This document shows positions 25,918 through 38,190 of a stretch of DNA of 64,000 bases, one piece after another (the first letter of the stretch is position 1; each line of letters starts with the position of its first letter). The position numbers and the translations under genes were made by a program. Where the stretch lies: contig NC_082718.1 of NCBI RefSeq assembly GCF_030144855.1, positions 32,612,001 to 32,676,000 on the forward strand, read 5' to 3'. The notes beneath the pieces were generated by a model, which did no database searches, was not told where the DNA came from, and saw nothing but the letters and a program-made list of their open reading frames with translations. The stretch is from Hypanus sabinus. Taxonomy: Eukaryota.

Positions 25918-26200
25918 TTTATTTATTGAGATAGAGTGTGGAATAAGCACTTCTGGCCCTTTAAGCCACAATGCTCAGCAATCTCCTGATTTAATGCTAG
26001 CCTGATCATGGGACACTTTACAATGACCAATTAACCTATGAACTGGTAGGTCTTTGGACTGTGGGAGAAAACTGAAGCACCTGGAGGAAACTCACACAAT
26101 CATGGGGAGAACATATAAACTCCTGACATGCAGTGGTGGGAATTGAACCTGGGTCGCTGATACTGTAAAGTGTTGTGCTAACTGCTGCGCTACCATGCCG
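25918..26200 (-). mobile_element. V-SINE (HE1-like)
   Basis: Reverse V-domain plus box B (aattgaacctggg). Confidence 0.78.
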
Positions 26201-26298
26201 CTTTTAATTTATTCTTTTATTATAGCTATAAAAGAACCAGAATCAGGTTTAATATCACTGGCCTAGGTTGTGAAATTTATTGTTTTGCAGAAGAAGTA

Positions 26299-27792
26299 CA
26301 GTTGTAGGAAAAAAAATGTGAACCCTTTGCAAATACCTGGTTTTCTACATTTATCTTCATCTGAGTTACAATAATAGACAAACACAATCTGCCCAAACTA
26401 ATAACACACAAACAATTGTACTTCTTCTTGTCAATACTGAATACCCCATTTAAACAGTCACAGTCCAGGTTCAAAAAAAGTACTTAAACATTTGTGGTAC
26501 TGTCTTCTACAAAAGCTATTTGGAGTTCTAGCCAATGAGGTGAGATTAGAGGTGTGGGTTGTACAGGTGCCCTGCCCTGTCAAAGAGACACAAAAAGGTC
26601 AGGGCAATGACAGAGTCTGCTCTTCTCAAGAAAGATGTTTATGTGCACCACACCTCGATCAAAACAACTTTGTACAGATGCATGAAGCTTGAAAAAGTCA
26701 CAAAAGCATTTCTAAAGACCTAAGTGTTCATTAGTCCACAGAAGGAGAAATTGTCCACAAGTGGAGAAGCTCAGTACTGTTGCTACTCTCCCTACTCTCC
26801 TGCAAAGATCACACCAAGAGCACAATATGCAATGCTGAAAGAGGTGAAAAAAAGAATCCAAGGATAACAGCAAAAGACCTGCAGAAATCCCTAATATTCG
26901 TTAGCTGCTGTTCTTGTGTCTGCTATAAGAAAAACACCAAACAAGAATGGTTTTCATGGAATGACACCATGGAGGAAACCACTGTTCTCCAAATAAATTG
27001 CTGCACGTCTCAAGTTTGCGAAAGACCACTTGGAGGTTCCACAACATTGCTGGAACAATGTTTTGTGGACAGATGAGACAGACGTTGAACTGTTTGGCAG
27101 AAATGCACACCCCTATGTTTGGAGGAAAAGGGGGCACCTCATCCCAACAGTAAAGCATGGTGGCAGGAGCATCATGGTTTGAGGCTGCTTTTCTGCCTCA
27201 GGGCCTGGACAGCCTGCAACCGTTGAGGGAACATTGAATTGAAAATTGTATCAAGACATTTTACAGGAAAATGTAAGGGGTAGCAGTCTGTCACCTGAAG
27301 CTTAACAGAAGTTGGATGATGCAACCAGACAATGATACAAAAGTAAATCAATAACAGAATGGTTTAAAAAGAAGAAAATTTGAGTTTTGGAATGTCCAAG
27401 TCAGAGTACAGACCTTAACCCAATTGGCATGACCTGAAGAGGGCTGTTCACGCAAGGTATCCCAAAAATATTAATGAACTGGAACAGTTTTGTAAGGAGG
27501 ATTGGTCTAAAATTCCTCTCTGCTGTTGTGTAAGCCTGAACAACGTTTGGTGGAGGTTACTGCTGCTAAAGCCGGTTCCACCAGTTATTAAATACAAGGG
27601 TCATATACCTTTTCCAGCCTGGATTGTGAATGATTAAACAATGTGTTCAATAAAGACATGTACAATTGTTTGTACGTCAGATTGCATTTCTCTGTTATTG
27701 TGACTTAGATGAAGATCCAACTACATTTTATGAGTAATTAATGCAGAAAACCAAGTAACTGCAAAGGGTTCACAAACTTTTACTTGCAACTG
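26299..27792 (+). mobile_element. Tc1/mariner transposon, full span, decayed transposase
   Basis: TA TSDs; TIRs cagttgtagg...gtgaaccctttgc / gcaaagggttcac...cttgcaactg; remnants NPRITAKDLQKSL, KHGGRSIMV and VLECPSQSTDLNPI. Confidence 0.9.
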
Positions 27793-27877
27793 TACATCAC
27801 AAAATATAGTAATAGCTATAAATTATAATAAATAAAATATTAATATTAAATATCATGAAAAAAGGGCAAAACCGAGT

Positions 27878-28015
27878 CTAGTCCCGACGAAGGGTCTTGG
27901 CCCGAAACGTCGACAGTGCTTCTCCCTATAGATGCTGCCTGGCCTGCTGTGTTCCACCAGCATTTTGTGTGTGTTGTTCGAATTTCCAGCATCTGCATAT
28001 TCCCTCGTGTTTGCT
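27878..28015 (+). mobile_element. Penelope-derived short element with minimal hammerhead motif (27881-27914)
   Basis: gtc-ccgacga-agggtcttggccc-gaaa-cg-tc-gac followed by the family tail gatgctgcctggcctgctg...ccagcattttgtgtg. Confidence 0.75.
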
Positions 28016-30013
28016 CTTAAAAAATACTATGGTAGTGTGATGGGCTCATTGGCAGAGTGGTAGAAGCTGTTCCTGAAACACTGAGGCTCTTCCGGCTCTT
28101 GTACCGCCTCCCTGTTGGTTGCAATGAGAAGAGGGCGTGTCCTAAGTGATTGGGGGTCCTTAATGATGGATGCTGCCTTTTTGAGGCATTGCCAGAAAAA
28201 GCTTAAGTCAAGGGTGTTAAGTAGAAGTAAATCTCTGGTGTTGCACTGGATGCAGCAAATTAAATGTGGGGGGGGGGGGGTGGGTGAGGTGTGTGATCTG
28301 CATTTTTTTGAGATGTGACAGGAGATATTACCTGGTCGGGGTGGTGAACCTATGGTACATGCAAAAATTATGTTGACATGTGACACTGAACAGATTTTCT
28401 TAAAATACTTCATTTATTTCAATGTCTCTATTATGAATATGCATAAATAAACAATTGAACTCATCCTTTTTCCAAAAAAAAGTCTTATAGTCTTATTTAG
28501 TGATAATTATTTTTATCAACTGCAGGGTGCTGGTTCAGTATCATTTTTGTTTGCAGAGTCAGAATGATTCTACTACAGGATATATACTTTTTGCTGCTGT
28601 ATTTGAATAAACCGATTAGTCATAAAATATTTTCTTAGCTAATCAACCAATTATAATTTTAAAAAGAGTCATTAATATTTTTATGGAAAAAAAGTACTTA
28701 GTCGTTCATATCCATGGATGTCTTGGGGAAGGTAATGCACTTCATGGGAGAACTCTGGATTTCGATATATGACATACAATACTTAATGTCAGGACATACA
28801 GCACAAATGGGTACTGACTACCAAAGGTACTGTAGGTTTTACTGAAAAGGCCAGCCAGTTTTTACTGAATGTTCTCATCAAGGTCATGAACTTCCCCGAC
28901 AGCCCAGTGCATCCATTAAAAAAAATTGGGGATGTACCAATGGAAAAGACTGCGGTGAGCTACCAAGTTTGGACAGGAGAATTCCATTGATAGTAATTCC
29001 TGCATCTCATTTACAGAGAGGGAGATTGGCCTGTTGTGGTGTGGTCTCACTGACAGACATCACTCAGTGTTTGAAGTTGATTGAAACATCCGATTGTAGT
29101 GGTGGCAGGGCCCGCACAACTCAGTGCAGAAACCTAGGACCCATAGATTCTTGATTAGTCAGGGTCTCAAAGGTTACAAGAAGACAAGAGAATGGGGTTG
29201 AGAGGAATAATAAATCAGCCATGAATGCTGGAGCAGACTCAGTGGGCTGAATGGCTTAATTCTGCTTCTATGTCTTATGGTCTTATAATTGTTACTGATT
29301 TATTAAACAACGATAATCACTGATCAAAGTTACCATCACACCCAAGAGAATTATTCAGAAGCTTGTTGCTATTTGGGCACACTCTCAAAAAGGTTCATCA
29401 CCCCGACCTAGATAGTGGTACTGGCTCCTCAAGATTTCCTTGAATGTGTGTATATTGGGAGAATAGTGTTCAACGAGACTGTTAGATTCACAAGGAGAGA
29501 GACAAAAAAGTGTAAAGCAGAAAATTTTGGGCCGAATAGAGAAAGAAAATTAAAAACTTTTTAAACTGATGAATAACCAGGACTAGCAAAGGAGTAAAGA
29601 TATTTGGTTGTCCATGCATGTAAAGACAGTCGAAAGGCCAAGAGGTTTATTTTCAATTAAAGGTTCAATGTTCAATTATAAACTGAATGAAGTTATTTTT
29701 AAAGTTGAGCAGAACCTTCATTAAAGCCAAAGTAGAACGTCAAATTCTTGATCTTGGGTCGTGGGCAAGGTTTAATTGACGTGGTTTGTGAATTGGACTC
29801 TGTAGTTCTCAGTATTATGAGCTTCTGGTCTCTCCTCATTTTGTTGATTTTGAATCGGAGCCACTTGCATCTAACAAACACTGAGCTGAACAGAACATTC
29901 CTAGACTTGTTATTGTGTTTTTTGCTTTTTTGTTGCTATTTGCGCGGTTTGTTTTCTTTTTGTGCATGTGGGGGGTGGGGGTTGATGTTCCTCTTTGAAC
30001 GGGTTCCATGGTT

Positions 30014-30893
30014 TTCTTTAAATTACAGCGGGGAACTAGACAAGGATGTCCTCTTAGTCTTTTACTTTTTGCTTTAGCTATAGAACTCTTAGCAATAGCA
30101 TTTCAAGAAGCTAAGGACATTTCTGGTATACTAAGGGAAGGTATGTCTCATAAAATTTCATTATATGCTGATGATATTTTACTTTTTATCTCTAACACTG
30201 AAACTTCTTTACCTTCGGTTCTTTCTTTAATCTCCCAGTTTAGTTCTTTTTCAGGACATAAGCTGAACCTACATAAAAGTGAGCTATTTCCTTTAAAAGA
30301 CCTAATGTCATCAAATGCCAAATTTCCGTTCAAAGTTGTTACAAGTCAATTTACATATTTAGGTGTAACAATTACTAAAAACTTCAAGAATTTATTCAAA
30401 AAAAAAACAAACCCCTTATTGAATTATGTGAAAAAGACGCTTTCTAAATGGTCCCCTCTTTCTTTATCCCTAATTGGCCGAATTAATTCGATTAAAATGA
30501 AGATTCTTCCTAAATTTTTATATCTTTTTCAGGCCTTACCTATTTTTATTCCTAAGACGTACCTTGATTCTTTAGATTCAATTTTAACCTCCTATATCTG
30601 GAATAATAAACAAGCTCATTTAAGTAAAGTTTATTTACAAAGAAATAAAGAGATGGGTGGACTAGCCCTACCCAATTTTAGGTTTTACTATTGGGCTGCC
30701 AATATAAGGAATATTACTTTCTGGTCCTATTATATTTATTGTAAAGATTGCCCATTGTGGGTCTCCTTAGAAGTTAATTCTGTAAAAAAATTCCTCTATT
30801 GTCTCTCTTCTTGGATCATACTCTTCTTTTTCAGCAAATAAAACAACAGATACCATCATTGTTAAGCAAACTTTAAGGATCTGGTCTCAATTT
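30014..30893 (+). mobile_element. L1-clade ORF2 reverse-transcriptase fragment
   Basis: RGTRQGCPLS...HKISLYADDILLF...GGLALPNFRFYYWA. Confidence 0.9.
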
Positions 30894-31174
30894 ATAACCA
30901 TATATAACCATATAAACCATATAACAATCACAGCACGGAAACAGGCCATCTCGGCCCTCCTAGTCCGTGCCAAACTCGTAATATCACCTAGTCCCACCTA
31001 CCCGCACTCAGCCCATAACCCTCCACTCCTTTCCTGTTCATATACCTATCCAATTTTACCTTAAGTGACACAACTGAACTGGCCTCTACTACTTCTACAG
31101 GAAGCTCATTCCACACAGCTATCACTCTCTGAGTAAAGAAATACCCCCTCGTGTTTCCCTTAAACTTCTGCCCC
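30894..31174 (-). mobile_element. CR1 3' end (second family)
   Basis: (ATATGGTT)n-like tail on the minus strand plus a CR1 3' UTR (acagcacggaaacaggcc). Confidence 0.75.
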
Positions 31175-32139
31175 CTTTACGATTTATGTCAACGATTTAG
31201 ATGAGGGCATTGAAAACTATATCAGCAAGTTTGCTGACGATACTAAACTGGGTGGCAGTGTGACATGCGAAGAGGACGTTAGGAGAATACAGGGAGACTT
31301 GGATAGGCTGAGTGAGTGGGCAGATACTTGGCAGATGTCATTCAATGAGAATAAATGTGAAGTTATCCACTTTGGAAGCTGGAACAAGAGGGCAGAGTAT
31401 TGTCTGAACGGTGTCGAGTTAGGTAAGGGAGAAATGCAAAGAGACCTAGGAGTCCTAGTTCACCAGTCAATGAAGGTGAATGAGCAAGTGCAACAGGCAG
31501 TGAAGAGGGCAAATGGAATGTTGGCCTTTGTTACAAGGGGAATTGAGTACAAGAGCAAGAATGTCCTTTTGCATTTGTACAGGGCCCTGGTGAGACCACA
31601 CCTGGAATATTGTGTACAGTTTTGGTCTCCAGGTTTAAGGAAGGACATTCTGGCAATTGAGGAAGTGCAGCGTAGATTCACTAGGTTGATTCCTGGGATG
31701 GCAGGGCTGTCTTACGCAGAGAGATTGGAGAGATTGGGCTTGTACACGCTGGAATTGAGGAGATTGAGAGGGGATCTAATTGAAACGTTTAAGATAATTA
31801 AAGGATTTGATAGGATTGAGGCAGGAAATATGTTCCAGATGTTGGGAGAGTCCAGTACCAGAGGGCATGGATTGAGAATAAGAGGTCAGTTATTTAAAAC
31901 AGAGTTGAGGAAGAGTTTCTTCTCCCAGAGAGTTGTGGAGATGTGGAATGCACTGCCTCGGAAGGCCAATTCTCTGGATGCTTTCAAGAAGGAGCTAGAT
32001 AGATATCTGATGGATAGGGGAATCAAGGGATATGGGGACAAGGCAGGGACTGGGTATTGATAGTGAATGATCAGCCATGATCTCAGAATGGCGGTGCAAA
32101 CTCGAGGGGCCGAACGGTCTACTTCTGCACCTATTGTCT
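31175..32139 (+). mobile_element. Young CR1 LINE, near-identical to 5060-6426
   Basis: ORF 31260-32060 is almost identical in protein to the 5157-6436 ORFs. Confidence 0.95.
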
Positions 32140-32555
32140 GCAGGGAAGATGAATCTGCATATGTACTTTGAATATAAATGTACTTAGAATCTTTAAGATT
32201 CTATTTTGGAAAGCCATTTTCAGGAGGATTTGAAATATTTGGTGAATCACCAGAATGATATCAGAACTTAAATTACGAGAAAAGTTTGCATAAGTTTGGC
32301 TCTTATACTTGGATTCAACGTCAGGGAATAATGGAATGTGATTAAGTGGTTAAGTAATTTGAAGCGGAATACAAAGTGATCATGTCCACCAATGGAGGAG
32401 GATTTCAGAATTTGCTTCACAGATTATAAAGTGAGAGCTGGTTACACTATAGTAACATGGTCGTATTAATGGAAATGTTGCAGTGTAGACATTGATGAAC
32501 TGAGATTTTCAAACCCCTCCCCAAAAATTTTGGTCAAGAGTTTTAAGGGGCATGA

Positions 32556-33448
32556 ATTATAAGACTATTAGGAGCAGAATTAGGCCATTTGACCCATCGA
32601 GTCTGCTCTGCAATTTCATCATGACTAATCCATTTTCCCACTCATCCCTAATCTCTTGCTTTCTCCCAATATCCCTTCATGCCCAGATTAATCAACAATT
32701 TATTGACCTCTAAATATACCTAATGACTTGACTCCAAAGCCACCTGTGGCAATGAATTCCACAGATTGACCACTCTTTGGCTAAAGAAGTTCCTCATTTT
32801 TGTTCTAAAAGGATGCCCCTCTCTTCTGAGGCTGCTTCCTCTGGTCCTAGACTCCCCCACCAAAGGAAACATCCTCTCCATATCTACTGTATTGAGGCCT
32901 TTCAACATTCAATAGGTTTCTATGATTCTTCTGAATTCCAGTGAGAAGGAGCCCAGAACATCAAATGCTCCTTATATGACAAGCCTTTCAATCCCAGTAT
33001 CATTTACATGAACCTCCTTTGAACCCTCTCTCCAGGGTCAGCACATTTTTTCTAAGATAAGGGGTCCAAAACTGCCCAAAATACTACAAGTGAGGCCTCA
33101 CCAGTGCTTTGCAAAGCCTCAAGATTACATCCTTGCTTTAATATTCTAGTCCTCTCGAAATGAATGCTAACATTGCATTAATCTTCCTCACCACCTATTC
33201 AACCTGCAAGTTAACCTTTAGGGAATCCCGCACAAGGGCTCTCAAGTCCCTTTGCAGATCAGTTTTTTGAATTTTCTCTCCATTTAGAAAATAGTCTATG
33301 CTTTTATTTCTTCTACTGAAGTGCATGACCATACAGTTCCCAACACTGTATTCTATCTGTCATTTCTTTGCCCATTCTCCTGATCTGCAAAAGTCCTTCT
33401 GTAGCCTCTCTGCTTCTTCAAAGCTACCTGCCCCTCCACCTAGCTTCC
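32556..33448 (-). mobile_element. Older CR1 LINE fragment
   Basis: ERMFPLVGESRTRG...FFSQRVVNLWNSLP. Confidence 0.8.
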
Positions 33449-33734
33449 TATGGAGGCCAGGAATAAAATGAGCTAAGCATCTAATAGCATAAGGGTTTGA
33501 GATATTTTCATGCATTCCCAAATAATATCATAAATACAAGTTGTTAATGCAAGTGTCTTGTGACAATGATCTTCACAATCTGTAAAAACTGCCTGAGAAT
33601 ACACATTTAGTATTATTTCTGTACAAAATCAGTTTAACATAACATTTTCAGGTAATCAGTATAACAATTTTGTTCGGTTATAAATGGCATAAATTGAAGC
33701 CTGTAATTCTTTCGAAATTATCAGTTTTTCGTAC

Positions 33735-33874
33735 CTGATAGGATCAGACAGGAAGCAGAGGCCCCAGGCTAACTTGACCTTTTGCCAGAGAGAAAGTGCA
33801 GCAATGGCCCTTTTAAAGGTGATGGGGATGGGCCGATCCCCAAGGTGAAACTTACAGAAAGGCACTTTCCCAGC
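33735..33874 (-). CDS. TRABD: TRABD coding exon 6
   Basis: tgcag|GCT...AG|GTAC; AGKVPFCKFHLGDRPIPITFKRAIAALSLWQKVKLAWGLCFLSDPI; 140 nt. Confidence 0.97.
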
Positions 33875-34534
33875 CTGCAACACACAAGAATGTCAAGTTC
33901 ATTAAAAGCTCACTGCATAACGGAAGCCCTTACACTCCAAGATCTTGAAGCTAATACAATTTAAATAGATAAATGATCCTTCAGGGAGGGTGATTTATAG
34001 AGATTTGTCTGTTTAGGCCAAACATAATCTTATCCTTGGAAGAGCACTCAAAAAGTAAATGCTTCAAATGTTAAACACTCATGTCAAGACCAAACCACAC
34101 CATTTGGATGGCTACTGCAGTACCCGAAGGGAATATCTTTAATAGTTATGTAACTGGACTTGCTCAGAAAACTGTACACATTCTCCAGATAATGCAAATT
34201 CAAAAATCATGCTTCTAACCTTTTAATCCAAATTCAATTTGAAAAGTTGAAATAAAAGAAAAGTTATCAGTCAAATGAACCTAAAGAATTTAAATCACCC
34301 TAATAGTTCACCTAAGGGTAATTTGGGGAAAGAACACTGCCTGCTATTCTTGCCCAGCATGTTTTTGTGAATAATTGTTCCTAGTATGGGAAACAGTAAA
34401 GGCTACCTACAGAAAAGGTGTAAATAAGGTTGAAAGAGTACAGAAAAAATTTATAAGGATGGCGCCAGGTCTGGAAGACATGAGCTTTAAGATAAGATTA
34501 ATTTGTGTTTTTTTTAAATATAAGGGAAGATTAA

Positions 34535-34690
34535 GTATCTTCCCCCTTCCTTGTCAGTCCTGAAGAATGCTCTCAGCCTGAAATGTCGACTGTTTATGTG
34601 TTTCCATAGATGCTGCCTGACCTGCTGAGCCCCTCCAGCATTTTGCGTGTGTTGCTCAGGATTTCCAGCATCTGCAGACTTTTTCGTGTT
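34535..34690 (+). mobile_element. Penelope-derived short element (hammerhead-like motif 34555-34592) within a CR1 fragment
   Basis: cagtc-ctgaaga-...-gaaa-tg-tc-gactg plus the family tail. Confidence 0.65.
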
Positions 34691-35525
34691 AGAACTTTAT
34701 TTCTTGGAACACAGAAGATTGAGGGGTGATTTGTGGGACTATAACTAGAGGTCATGGGAGCACAAGGAGAAAATTTTTCACTCAGAGGGTTGTGAGAGTT
34801 TGGAAGGAGCTGCCAGCGCAGTGGTGTATGCGAGATCGATTTCAACGTTTACGAGAAGTTTGGTAGGTACATGGATGGTAGGGGTGTGGAGGGCTATGGT
34901 CTGATTGCAGGTTGATGGGGCGAGGCAGTACAAATGGTTCAACATGGACAGGGTGGTTGGGTTTCTGTATTGTACTTTTCTATGAGCCCACATTGAGGTA
35001 TCTTAAAGGCAAATAGCAGATGGTTATACACAAGTTAACAAGAGGCATGTGCCAACTGCACCATTGACAACATCGTCAGAAATTAAAAACTCAATTTATG
35101 CAAAGAGCCGTAGAATTTGTAACACAACATTGACATGCTACTTGCAGAGTACATAATTGTAATCACTAAACATTGCTTTCTACATAAACTCGTTTGGATG
35201 ACCATGTTGTCCAAATGAAATGCACGGAGCACTCAAATGTTGTGAGTGACAAATCTGTCAGAAAACAAGAATATTTATTTTAAATATTGTTTAGAATATT
35301 CAGTAGTGGAGCAGTAAGATTGTCACTGACCACAGAGCAAACAGTCCACAAAAGATTTTTTGATCTCTGGCTTTCCTCTTTCCTGGATAGAGCTGTGTGG
35401 CATCAGTGCCTCTAGTACCCTGTATCAATGATGCTCTTGAGATAGATTAAAAAGCCAGTCATAAGGACCAACTCTCAGACCACAAAGGAAGCAAAAAGCA
35501 CCAATTTTAATTAAACCTTTTAGAC

Positions 35526-35606
35526 CACAGGATCCCAACCTGGGATCCACAGACCCCTGGGTTAATGATAGGGGTCCACGGTATAAAAAAAAATTGGGAA
35601 CTCCTG
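35526..35606. mobile_element. hAT MITE
   Basis: Degenerate copy, ending ...ttgggaactcctg. Confidence 0.65.
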
Positions 35607-36110
35607 TCTCCTAGACAATGTATATTGTACACTGAAACAAGCACACACACACACGATTAACATAGAAGCTGAAATAATGAAACTTCATAGTAATATAAAA
35701 GGCAATTTTTAAATTTTTGGAATTAAAATTCCACACAATACAATGTTAATGGGTGTCATTAAACAATAATTATGGCTTAATGCACCTTTAAAACTCCATC
35801 ACATTTTATTCAACAAGACAGAGTACTCCATATATTCTCTCCCAGCCAGGAACATAGATCACAAAGTCTTAAATTCCCACAATCCACTTGATTACCATAG
35901 AAATGTGAACAAGCAGGATATCTGGAGTTCCCAGTAAGTAGCATAAATACATATTACACATTGTTATTAAGATTCCCTTTACTGTAGGCGAGGTCAGATA
36001 ACTTCAATGTAACTGCAAATCCAGGCAACTATATACAGATGGCATTGCTGAACACAAGCAAGACTGAGTGAATTTCAAGAGGGATAAAACTGAAAAAGAT
36101 GAGTAACTAC

Positions 36111-36221
36111 CTCCTTGAAGGCTTCCCTGAACTCCCCTCCTGGAGCCATGCCCAACTGTTCAGTGATGTGAGCAGAGACCTTCCATAGCAGCATCTGCAT
36201 CAGTCCAGACATTACTCCATT
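36111..36221 (-). CDS. TRABD: TRABD coding exon 5
   Basis: gatag|AAT...GAG|GTAGT; NGVMSGLMQMLLWKVSAHITEQLGMAPGGEFREAFKE; 111 nt (missed by the ORF track). Confidence 0.96.
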
Positions 36222-36589
36222 CTATCAAAACAACAGTTAAAAGTTTTAGTGTATAAAAAAAAGGCTCCACTGATATTTGCACAGTGTATTAACTACATTC
36301 GGTAGCTTAAACTTAACATTATTCAGAAGGTAAAGGGCACATGTTCAGATTTACTGATTCCTTTGGAAGAGGTTTACAATCCTAGCTTTAATAGATAAAT
36401 GCAGTCGCACCAATAACAGGAATTTTTTTTAAAAAAACATATTGCAATTAAAGGATCAAGTGTTTTCCCAGCATATATGACAAATAAACTCTTCACGGGC
36501 TTCCTTTGCTAGGCGGCCCCAAAAGCCATCGAAATAAAACTAAAGGAAAAGAACTTTAACAAGATGAAGGGCTTGATCCAAGTAAGAAC

Positions 36590-36805
36590 TGGAATTCGAT
36601 TGTAAACAAGATGGGAGAGCCAAAACCTGATTGGATGAGGACTAACCAATTAGGAGGGACTGACAATAGGGGTATAAATACTACCGGACTAGACACGCCC
36701 AGGCATCCTCCCTGATGAAGATGGCAAAGTTTGTCATCTAACTGTCGGCTATAATTGATACATGTACCTGGCTGGAGGCACGAGAAGAGCTATTCATCAT
36801 ATTGT
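36590..36805 (+). mobile_element. Penelope-like pseudo-LTR fragment (second family)
   Basis: CCAAT-like motifs and ggtataaata, then ctgatga-a-gatggca...tgtcatc (decayed hammerhead). Confidence 0.5.
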
Positions 36806-36904
36806 AATTACATTCATATTAAAACATTTTTCCCGGTTTACTAGAAGTTTGAGGTGTTTGACTACAAGACAGTTTAAGAATCAAAATCTGCTTGTGAGCA
36901 GCAT

Positions 36905-37168
36905 CAGTGTCAGGTAGCGTAGTGGTTAGCATGGCCCTATTACAGCTCAGGGTGTTTCGGGGTTCTGTAATGATTCTCTGTACGCACTCTGCATGGAATA
37001 TATATTTTCTCCAGGTGCTCCGGTTTCTTCCCAGAGTCCAAAGACGTACTGGGTAGGTTAATTGGTCATTGTATAATGTCCCATGGTTAGGGTTAATCAG
37101 GGTTTGGGGGAGGGGCGGAAGTGATTGTGTGGCTTGAAAAGCCTACTCTGCACTGTATCGCTAAATAA
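36905..37168 (+). mobile_element. V-SINE (HE1-like)
   Basis: ggtagcgtagtggttagc head; V-domain ggtgctccggtttc...aattggtcattgta. Confidence 0.72.
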
Positions 37169-37919
37169 GTTAGATTATAACGCCACAGTTCACAAAACAG
37201 CACAATTCCAAAGCAGTCTTTAGAACTATCACTTTATATTTTGCTTCTGATATAAGAGGTGCTTGGTATCAATCAACTGAATGAATGCCTTAGACATGAA
37301 TGACCAAGTTATTAGAGACCTTACTGACTGAAGTATTAGTAACATGATTCTGAAAATGATAAATGATTAAGTTTGGTGTGGGTGTGGGGGACATGAGATG
37401 ACGAGGATGAAAGGTAATTTAATCCAAGTGGTAAAAATGGCCAGAACAATGAAATAACTGTCAGTAATTGCAAAAAAGATGGATGATTGGACACACGGTA
37501 AGAAAATTATGATTTGAGGAATAGAAAGAGTAGGAAATTTATTATACTTTTAAACTCGGGGTCCATTCCATGTACCAAAATGATCTTTTTAAAATCACAC
37601 TACAAGGGAGATTTGCACAACGAATTTGGGAAAAAAGATAAATAAAAAATTTTACAGAATGGTGGTAGACCACATAGAAGGGCTAATAGTTTTTAATGTC
37701 TAAAAACTGAAACAATAAAGCTTTTTAGCTCATCAAAACAATGCCGCTCTTAAGGAACAATTCAATTCAGTCCCACAAGGTTTTTGCCTCATACCAACAC
37801 GAGTTATTTTCAACTACGTGCTCCGCTGCCTTCTTTTGAAGAAGTCCCATATTCCATTTACATGGACATAGCATCAACATGATTCCTCAGTTTAGAAGAT
37901 CTTGCTTCCGTGAAACTGT

Positions 37920-38190
37920 GGGCTGCATGGTACTGCTCTGGTTAGCACAACGATTTACAGTATCAGCAACCTACGCTCATTTCCTGCAGCTGCCAGAAAG
38001 GAGTTTTTAAGTTCTTCCTGTGAGCACTTGGGTTTCCTCCCACAGTTCAAAAATATCCTGGTTGGAAGGTTAATTGGTCATTGTAAATTGCAGCCCCCCC
38101 CCAATTAAGCTAGAGTTAAATCGGGGGATCACTGGGTGGCCCAGCTTGAAGGATCAGAAGGGCCTATTCCATGCTGTATCTCTGTAAATA
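37920..38190 (+). mobile_element. V-SINE (HE1-like), Tc1 inserted at its tail
   Basis: V-domain gggtttcctcccacag...aattggtcattgtaaattg. Confidence 0.7.

Noticed and set aside
31260-32060. Host protein-coding gene (266-aa ORF), likewise 30008-30841 and 5633-6436
   Set aside because: These are 5'-truncated CR1/L1 ORF2 remnants.
36183-36185. Trp in TRABD QMLLWKV where I recall human has Leu
   Set aside because: A single substitution; significance cannot be judged without an alignment.
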